Of a DNA stretch of 64,000 nucleotides, positions 55,121 through 64,000 are shown in pieces (within the stretch, counting starts at the first letter, position 1; each line of letters opens with the position of its first letter). The notes beneath the pieces are model-generated. The model was not told where the DNA came from and did no database searches. It saw nothing but the letters and a program-made list of their open reading frames with translations. Source of the stretch: Eledone cirrhosa (taxonomy: Eukaryota); contig OZ024753.1 in NCBI GenBank assembly GCA_964016885.1, positions 36,580,001-36,644,000 of the forward strand, in the 5' to 3' direction. A program made the translations under genes and the position numbers.

Positions 55121-55659
55121 AGTATGTGTGTTTTTTTGGGTTTTTTTAGGTGCGGTTTTTTTTGTTTTTCTGTTTTTTTGGCTTTATTTGGGTTTTTTTG
55201 TTTTTTTGTGAATGTGTCTGTTGATTTGGCATATTGTTGATTAGTTTAAGAGAAGTTCGAAGATAATAGTAAGATATGCACTCAGTATTTTGAATCTGTC
55301 TGCAGAATTCCCTAGACCTTTGTCACTTAGCAGAACTTAATGACTTTAGCTTTTAAAGAATCTCCCTTTTCTTTAATTCTATCGAGCATGAATGACCCCC
55401 CACTGATTTTATAGACATCTGCTAGCTTAAGAGAAACTTATTGACAAGGAATGGTATGCCATCCGGAACTTGTTTATAGATTTCTGTCTGCCTTTGTTAC
55501 TCTAAAAACATAAATAAATATAAATTAACTATAGCTATGTAGAATTAGCCTTTAATGAATTCCCTTCTCTATCAACCAATGACCTGCACCCATCCCACTC
55601 CCCACCCTCTCCTACCACTTGTAGAGACCTATAAATACCATATTTATTTTTTGATACCC

Positions 55660-55710
55660 AGATTCCTGATGATTTCTAATGAATGAAACAGTTCTAGTCC
55701 TGTAGAATCT
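55660..55710 (+). ncRNA. Type I hammerhead ribozyme in the Penelope 3' LTR (second copy on the - strand at 50983-51033)
   Basis: AGATTC-CTGATGA-TTTCTAATGAAT-GAAA-CAG(TTCTAGTC)CTG-TA-GAATCT: 6-bp stem I, canonical core, short stem II, stem III, GUA triplet. Confidence 0.8.
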
Positions 55711-55792
55711 CATCTATATTAAAACTATTATACTCTGCTATGTATTGAGTACCTTACTTACTGTGGTTACCTCCGATTCAACCCGGAATAAC

Positions 55793-55863
<71 letters not shown>

Positions 55864-55866
<3 letters not shown>

Positions 55867-56001
55867 CGAAGGAGTTGTGGTAAGGAACCAGATGGACCAT
55901 AACGCGCCAGAGTACTCAATACTTAGGGTAGTAGTGACTTTAGTCCAGTCCAGAAATAGCCGTCGAAACGGCTTGAGCTCTGCCGTCGGAGTCATACTTT
56001 C
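55864..56001. mobile_element. Family X element, copy 4 (rearranged)
   Basis: Minus-oriented tail joined to the plus-oriented GAAACGGC...GCCGTC segment; flanked by microsatellites. Confidence 0.7.
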
Positions 56002-56037
56002 TCACACACACACACATATATATATATATACATATAT

Positions 56038-56130
<93 letters not shown>

Positions 56131-56158
56131 CATATACATATATATGTATATATATATA

Positions 56159-56270
<112 letters not shown>

Positions 56271-56276
56271 ATATAT

Positions 56277-56594
56277 ATAAATCAGGAAAGAAGGTTGACA
56301 TGGTTTGCTATACAAAAAAGGTTTTTAATCTCATAGCTGACAATTGTTTCTCTGAACTGGTAGGTCTAGAGATCGCTATTCGCTTGTTTTCACGTTACTC
56401 GATCACCAATACAAAATTATAACCAGTCAGCTCCGAAGAACTGACTGGTTATAATTTTGTATTGGTGATCGAGTAACGTGAAAACAAGCGAATAGCGATC
56501 TCTAGACCTACCAGTTCAGAGAAACAATTGTCAGCTATGAGATTAAAAACCTTTTTTGTATAGCAAACCATGTCAACCTTCTTTCCTGATTTAT
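56277..56594. repeat. Fold-back with 154-bp arms and a 10-nt loop
   Basis: 56277-56430 is the reverse complement of 56441-56594; starts at (TA)n. Confidence 0.92.
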
Positions 56595-56751
56595 TATTAC
56601 TCCAAGTGTTTACAACATAGGAATTACAGCATACCCGCAGCATCACTATGAAAACGCCTTGTTGAGTCAAACCAAGCCAAGCGTTGATATCATCCACTAC
56701 CTGGAATACCATAACCTAAGTGGACTGCATTTAACTATTATTTGTTACCCC

Positions 56752-56816
<65 letters not shown>

Positions 56817-56876
56817 GGAATACTGTTGGCTTTTGCTACAATGTTTTCTATACCTTTCATTTATATATACATAAAC

Positions 56877-56928
<52 letters not shown>

Positions 56929-57515
56929 GTTTATGTATATATCTGTGTGTGTGTGTAATCGATGAAGTCATAAATAGTTAGCCAGTGGGTTGATTGATAA
57001 TTATAGTTGCCTGAAGGTTTATAGGAATGTAAATCTACGGATTTGAAATGTAAACAGATCTGGCTTCATTTTATATGCCAGAAGCACTAGGTTTGCTCTC
57101 TTTCGTTGAATACCATATATACATGTACACCTTCGCACATACATATTTATATGCATGTATATACGCATATATATATGTGTGTGTGTGTGTGTATATACAA
57201 ATATACACATATGTATATATATATATATATTTATATGTGTGTGTGTTTATATGTATATACATACATTTATATATATATGTATATATATATATGTGTGTGT
57301 GTGTGTATATACAAATATACACATATGTAAATATATATATATATTTATATGTGTGTGTGTGTGTGTTTATATGTATATACATACAGTTATATATATATGT
57401 ATATATATATATATGTGTGTGTGTATATACAAATATACACATATGTAAATATATATATATATTTATATGTGTGTGTGTGTGTGTTTATATCTATATACAT
57501 ACAGTTATATATATG

Positions 57516-57546
<31 letters not shown>

Positions 57547-57585
57547 ATATACAAATATACACATATGTAAATATATATATATATT

Positions 57586-57616
<31 letters not shown>

Positions 57617-57728
57617 CTGTCTGTTTGTGTGTCTGTGTATGTATATTTGTATGTGTATGCACGCACATAAACACCATACACATGTATATACAGAGAAAGC
57701 TGATAGATAAATAGATAGACAGACAGAC

Positions 57729-57772
<44 letters not shown>

Positions 57773-58264
57773 TTCTTTATTAGCCACAGGGGCACAAAAG
57801 AAGGGGACAAATACAAAGTGAGTAGTTTAATACAATAAAAACGTGTAAAATGTTATCACAAATGGAATTTAAAAGGTTAGTCGATTTTCCCCAATAGAGG
57901 GAGACAGATAGATAGATAGATAGACAGACAGATATATACTGAGATAGGTAAAGCAACTCTAATATATACACACAACTATAAACATATATTAGATACTCTT
58001 TTTTACAGGCAAATAAAGTTTTGCAGGCAGATTCGCTTGCTCTTCCATTAAAACTCCCTTTAACTCTTTGTAACTAAACAGGACAATATTCGTTGAGTAG
58101 TGGATTGTTTTTAAGAATTGAGACACCACAGCTCCGTTATAGCAGATATGTAATTAGTAAGTTCTCAGGAAGGAATCGCTGGATAGATTTTACGGACAAA
58201 CCCTACTTAAATTGAATCTACGGTTGTTTAAACAGTAACATGTTTTAATATTATGTTTAAAAGT

Positions 58265-59202
58265 GTAGCAGTATCAGTAGACCGTCGGACAACATGATTT
58301 GTGGCATAGAGTTATGGTCCTTTACGTTCGGATTTTAAATCATGCCGAGGTTAACTTTACCTTTTATCATAACGGCGTCGATATAATAAAGTACTAGTAA
58401 AGCACAGGGATCGAATTAATCGACTTTCTCCCCAACCAAAATCGTTGACCTTGTGCCTAAGCCAGAAACCATTATTATGTTTAAGTGTGGCAGTATCGGT
58501 AGAGCGTCGAACAACATGCTTTGTGACATGGAGTTATGACCCTTTACGTTCTGAGTTCAAATCCTGCTTAGGTTAACTTTACCTTTCATCCTTACTGGGT
58601 CGATAAAATAAAGTACCAATGATGCTCTGGAATAATTGCTAGCCTTGTGCCAAAAGTAGACACAATTATCAAGGTATATAAAGTACCAGCAATTCACTGG
58701 GTCGGTTCAATCAACACTCCCTTCCTCCCAAAATTGTGTTGGGAGACCATTAATAAGGTAAATTTATTTATATTGATTTCTTTATATTTTACTTTATATT
58801 ATTTAATATATAACAGGGCGGTGGATTGGCAGTATCTGTAGAGGGTCGGACGCCATGCTTTGACGCATAGAGTTACGGCCCTTGCCATTCTGAGTTCAAA
58901 TCCCGCCGAGGTTGACTTTGCCTTTCATCCTTACGGGGTCGATAAAATAAAGTCCCAGTAATGTACTGGGTAATTGCTGGCCTTGTGCCTAACGTAGAAA
59001 CAATTATTTAGTATATAACAATGTAACTGTTTCTACTTTAGGCACAAGGCCAGCAATTACCCAGTGCATTACTGGTACTTTATTTTATCGACCCCGTAAG
59101 GATGAAAGGCAAAGTCAACCTCGGCGGGATTTGAACTCAGACTGTAAAGGGACGTAACTATGCTAGAAAGCATGGCGTCCAACCCTCTACCGATACTGCC
59201 AA
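58265..59202. mobile_element. SINE cluster: three + copies (58265-58476, 58488-58668, 58816-59008) and one - copy (59028-59202)
   Basis: Main-family SINE A/B boxes and body. Confidence 0.85.
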
Positions 59203-59399
59203 TTATAACAATGTAATGATATATAGAATGTGTCCAATTGCTGTGACTGTTTGTTGTTCCCGTTGAAAACTTGCAAAAAATTGGCTTTCGAGTTGACTCA
59301 CTATTTAATTCTTTTTATATGTTTGTTCCTGTATTCGATGTTATGTGGTGTGTGTGTGTGTGTGTATATATGTTTTTCTGTACGTGTGTGAATGAATGT

Positions 59400-59995
59400 G
59401 TATGTATATGAGTGTATGTGTGTAAGTATGTTTATATGAGTGTATGTGTACATGTGTGTGTAAGTATGTTTATATGAGTGTATGTGTATATGTGTGTGTA
59501 AGTATGTTTATATGAGTGTATGTGTACATGTGTGTACATGTGTGTGTAAGTATGTTTATATGAGTGTATGTGTACATGTGTGTGTGAGTATGTTTATATG
59601 TGTGTATGTGTACATGTATGTGTAAGTATGTTTATATGAGTGTATGTGTACATGTGTGTGTAAGTATGTTTATATGAGTGTATGTGTACATGTGTGTGTA
59701 AGTATGTTTATATGAGTGTATGTGTATATGTGTGTGTAAGTATGTTTATATGAGTGTATGTGTACATGTGTGTACATGTGTGTGTAAGTATGTTTATATG
59801 AGTGTATGTGTACATGTGTGTGTGAGTATGTTTATATGTGTGTATGTGTACATGTGTGTGTGAGTATGTTTATATGTGTGTATGTGTACATGTGTGTGTG
59901 AGTATGTTTATATGTGTGTATGTGTACATGTGTGTGTAAGTATGTTTATATGAGTGTGTGTGTACATGTGTGTGTGAGTATGTTTATATGTGTGT
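59400..59995. repeat. TG-rich minisatellite of about 34 bp (GTAAGTATGTTTATATGAGTGTATGTGTACATGTGT)
   Basis: Direct observation. Confidence 0.9.
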
Positions 59996-60039
59996 TGTAA
60001 TATAGTTCTGAACTATTTTTGGCATATATACTAATAATG

Positions 60040-60124
60040 TTGATGGTTATGATGATGATGATGATGATGATGATGTGTGATAATGTGGTCAACACTAATG
60101 ATGATGATCATGATTAAGATGATA

Positions 60125-60165
<41 letters not shown>

Positions 60166-60556
60166 AATCCTTATCATCATCATCATCATCATCACCATCT
60201 ATAGCTGTAATAGTATTATGCTGAGGATGATGGTGATGTTAATGATGATATTGATGATGAAGATGATGATGACGACGAAGTGGTGGTGGTGATGGTGATG
60301 ATGATAATGATGGTGATGATGATGGTGATGATGATGATGTTGATGATGGTGATGACGATGGTGATGATGATGACGACGGTGGTGGTGGTGGTGGTGGTGA
60401 TGATGATAATGATGGTGATGATGATGATGTTGATGATGGTGGTGGTGACGATGGTGATGATGATGACGATGGTGGTGGTGGTGATGATGGTGATAATGAT
60501 GATGACGATGACGTTGATGATGAGATGGTGATGGTGACGATGATGACGATGATGAC

Positions 60557-60612
<56 letters not shown>

Positions 60613-60680
60613 CGATGATGATGACCACGGTGATGATGGTGAGGATGATGATGATGGTGATGATGATGATGAAGATGATT
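60040..60680. repeat. (GAT)n/(GGT)n microsatellite
   Basis: Direct observation. Confidence 0.95.
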
Positions 60681-61101
60681 CAGAATGTTTACCTACGTAA
60701 TTTCACTCTTATAGATTTATTGCAATTTGTCAAAATTTGAAGTTCCTCTCTTAATTTGTGAGCGGCAAAAAAAGTTTCAATCTGCAGCCCCCTAAATGAA
60801 ATGGATTTTCTATTGGATAATCCAATTTAACCTTTGTTAATTAAGGCTACCCGTTCTGTTCTCACAGTTTGCCCATGTGTAAACTTCTGTATTTACACAT
60901 TATGTTGATGTTGTTAGTTTTCGTTTTATTTTTATACAATAAAATAACTATAACATCAAAAACAATCACATTTGTTTCAAAACATTTGCTCCAATATTAA
61001 TCCTCTTACTCTAAATTTCACATGTTTCACCATTGCATATCTGTTTAACTCTTATTAACATGTTCTGCATGAAACCACATTAGCAAGACATTCTTGAAAA
61101 G

Positions 61102-61303
61102 TACGAGGGTTGACTTTAAAATTCATTGGCTGACTATGACGGAGTGATGTCAGAGCTGAGAAATCTTGCATGCATTAATTTCAGCTCCTTTTATTAATAA
61201 CTGCATTGTTTCTCCCCAGGGAATATATTGAGAAATAAATCTATTTGGTTATTCCATGAAAATATCTTAGTCAGCTTATGAACTTTTCAGAGACGATCCC
61301 GTA
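61102..61303. mobile_element. Tc1/mariner-type MITE
   Basis: TA-CGAGGG..AAAATTCATTGGCTGAC versus GTCAGCTTATGAACTTTT..CCCG-TA: imperfect TIRs with TA flanks. Confidence 0.55.
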
Positions 61304-61549
61304 CAAAACACCACTATGACTGCATCATATTAAAATTTAAAGTCTTTACATTAGTTTACTGCAAAGTTTCACAACGATTTGTCGTAGGACTGGGTCTCTC
61401 GCATGCATATAAAATCTGAGACTGACACAATGTTGATCTCAACGAAGGACAAAGCTTTGAGTACTAAGAGACCAAAGGAATATATCACCTTGATGAAAGT
61501 GTGAAGTGATGTTTGTGTGGGATTAATACAGAAAGTGTCATCCAGCTTA

Positions 61550-61920
61550 TGAACCCATAAAAAGATCTTCAGCCAAAGGGATAAAACGCTAAGGTGACTG
61601 TCACCCAGATTAGGAACTCGTGAAAAGATCTCCAGCCAAAGGGGATAAAACGTTAAGGTGACTGTCGCCCAGATTAGGAACCCGTGGAAAGATCTCCAGC
61701 CAAAGGGAATAAAACGCTAAGGTGACTGTCGCCCAGATTAGGAACCCATGCAAATATCTCCAGCCAAAGGAGATAAAACGCTAAGGTGACTGTCACCCAG
61801 ATTAGGAACCCATGCAAATATCTCCAGCCAAAGGGGATAAAACGTTAAGGTGACTGTCACCCAGATTAGGAACTTGTGAAAAGATCTCCAGAAAAAGGGA
61901 ACAAAACACGAAGGTGACAT
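61550..61920. repeat. 64-bp minisatellite, about 5.5 copies
   Basis: CCCAGATTAGGAAC at 61604, 61668, 61732, 61796 and about 61860. Confidence 0.92.
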
Positions 61921-62432
61921 TCGCGAAGATTGAACTTAGAGCCTAAAGGACGTGACTAGGGTTTTTATACTAAACTACCCACTGTAGAGAAACCTAATCG
62001 ATCATAATTAGGGAACCAATATGATTATAAACAGTAAGATAGTTAAAGTATTTAGCAATCAGTCAATCAGTGGAGGTCAAACGTTCCAAATGATAAAAAG
62101 TTGTTTATTGAATATCTTAACGATGTTTTCAAACTAGAAATAATCGATTAATACATACACGCATATAAACACATACATGTATTCCTATGTACATACATAC
62201 ATATATACATACATATACATATATGCACGTATTCCTACGTACATACATACATATAAATACATGCATGTATTTCTGCGTACATACATACATATATACATAC
62301 ATATACATACATGCACGTATTCTTGTGTATATACATACATATACATGCACATATTCCTACGTACATACATACATATAAATACATGCATGTATTTCTGCGT
62401 ACATACATATACATACGTGCATGTATTACTAC

Positions 62433-62471
<39 letters not shown>

Positions 62472-62596
62472 CATAAGTGCATGTATTACTACGTACACAC
62501 ACATATATATATATACATATACATATACATACATGCATGCATGCATTCCTACGTACATTCATACATACATATATTCATACAAGCATTCCTACATAG

Positions 62597-62627
<31 letters not shown>

Positions 62628-62810
62628 CTTACATGCATGCATTCCTACATACGTACACACATACATACATTCATACATATACATACATCCATGCATTACT
62701 ACATACATACATATATACATATATACATACATATATATTTATATTCTTTCTCTTTCTTTTCTCATACTTTCTTTTCTTAATCTTTCTTTCCTTCATTATT
62801 TATTTAATTA

Positions 62811-63542
62811 GCGGTGGATTGGCAGTATCGGTAGAGAGTCGGACACCATGCTTTCCAGCATAGTTACGTCCCTTTACAATCTGAGTTCAAATCCCGCCGA
62901 GGTTGACTTTGCCTTTCGTCCTTACGGGGTCGATAAAATAAAGTACCAGTAATGCACTGGGTAATTGCTGGCCTTGTGCCTAAAGTAGAAACAATTATTA
63001 TAATATAGCCATTGGGTTGGCAGTATCGGTAGAGGGTCGGACGTCATGCTTTGACGCATAGAGTTACGGCCCTTGCCATTCTGAGTTCAAATCCCGCCGA
63101 GGATAACTTTGCCTTTTATCCTTACAGGGTCGATAAAATAAAGTACCAGTAATGTACTGAGTAATTGCTGGCCTTGTGCCAAAAGTAGAAACAATTATTT
63201 ATTTAATTATTTATGAGGGTAGTGGCCGTCGTCGTCGTCGTTGTGATCGTGATGATTGTAGTGGGGATGGTGGGGATGGTGGGTGATGGCAGAGGTGGTG
63301 GGATGTGGTGGTGCGGCAGTGGAGTCGTGGTGCATTGATAATGGTGGGGTGGTGGTAGTGTATATAATTGTTTCTACTTTTGGCACAAGGCCTGCAAATT
63401 ACCCAGTGCATTACTGGTACTTTATTTTATCGACCCCGTAAGGATGAAAGGCAAAGTTAACCTCGGAGGGATTTGAACTCAGAATAGCAAGGGCCGTAAC
63501 TCTATGCGCCCAAGACCCTCTACCGATACTGCCAATCCACCG
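62811..63542. mobile_element. SINE cluster: + copies 62811-62999 and 63016-63198, - copy 63366-63542
   Basis: Main-family SINE, near full length. Confidence 0.87.
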
Positions 63543-64000
63543 TAATGTATATAATACAGCGAATGATGTTGTTGATGATGTTGAGGGTCCTGACCTTGAT
63601 AATTGTACTGTCGATATTAGTGCTAGTGGAGGGAATGATGGTTGTGGTGTTAGGGTGTGTTGGGGTGGTATGGTCGTAGGGTTAGTTGGAATCCCGGGGG
63701 ACAACGAAAGTGAAGCTGGGAAGCATCGTCAGTGCTCAAGAAAGTGCTGCATATGAGATCGTACCCGACATCCTCCGATTGGAAATCTGACTTATTAACT
63801 ACTCCGCCATGTTCTTACTGAATATTTTGTTGTTTCTTTGTTTGTATAGAGATTATTCTGTCTGTTATTTTCTACACAACTAACATTATCCCAAAGTCTA
63901 GCAAAACTAAGCCTACAATGTGTCTATGGATTTTCATTTAGTAGCCTTTCAAATGTTTCTTTGAATACAGATATCCCATCATCTTCAAGTGAAGGTCGTG

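Larger units (their letters stand above)
50966..55727 (+). mobile_element. Penelope-like element (Neptune-like), 5'-truncated, with inverted partial LTR
   Basis: 50966-51154 is the reverse complement of 55539-55727 (189 bp); RT + GIY-YIG ORF between them; 5' end abuts (TA)n; 2.4-kb TA/TG microsatellite in the 3' region. Confidence 0.88.

Noticed and set aside
52704-55149. Long YI/VC/HT-rich ORFs (e.g. 712 aa) here and throughout the window
   Set aside because: Translations of (TA)n/(TG)n microsatellites, which lack stop codons
62811-62900. tRNA genes
   Set aside because: The A/B boxes belong to SINE heads that run into the shared SINE body; no cloverleaf seen

Overview
AT-rich, microsatellite-dense animal genomic DNA, very probably an octopus or other coleoid cephalopod (inferred from the abundant tRNA-derived OK/OR-like SINEs and huge (TA)n/(TG)n tracts). 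The first 38 kb hold a tandem cluster of multi-exon genes that the ORF track only fragments. I reconstructed them by hand from splice sites with consistent intron phases: three intact-looking paralogs (A + 1260-10065, 583 aa; B - 17005-12995, 571 aa; C + 24127-29090, 692 aa), a zinc-finger-less copy (D + 35919-38022) and a scrambled pseudogene relic (19.1-19.9 kb). A-C end in the two PCF11-type zinc fingers (C2H2, then C2HC) flanking an RxWY Clp1-binding-like motif. B and C have no CTD-interacting domain; their N-termini, like D's, are Q/N/T/P low-complexity regions built from 22-aa repeats. B, C and D share a CCAAT + E2F/CHR-like promoter, and the first zinc-finger exon differs between B and C almost only at replacement sites. 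The rest of the window is repeats: a 5'-truncated Penelope-like element (RT + GIY-YIG) with an inverted hammerhead-bearing LTR, several small (TA)n-anchored fold-back elements with hammerhead-like cores (two with the U3-A8 variant), SINEs, MITEs, LINE fragments, minisatellites and microsatellites. Most ORFs in the supplied track are microsatellite artefacts.
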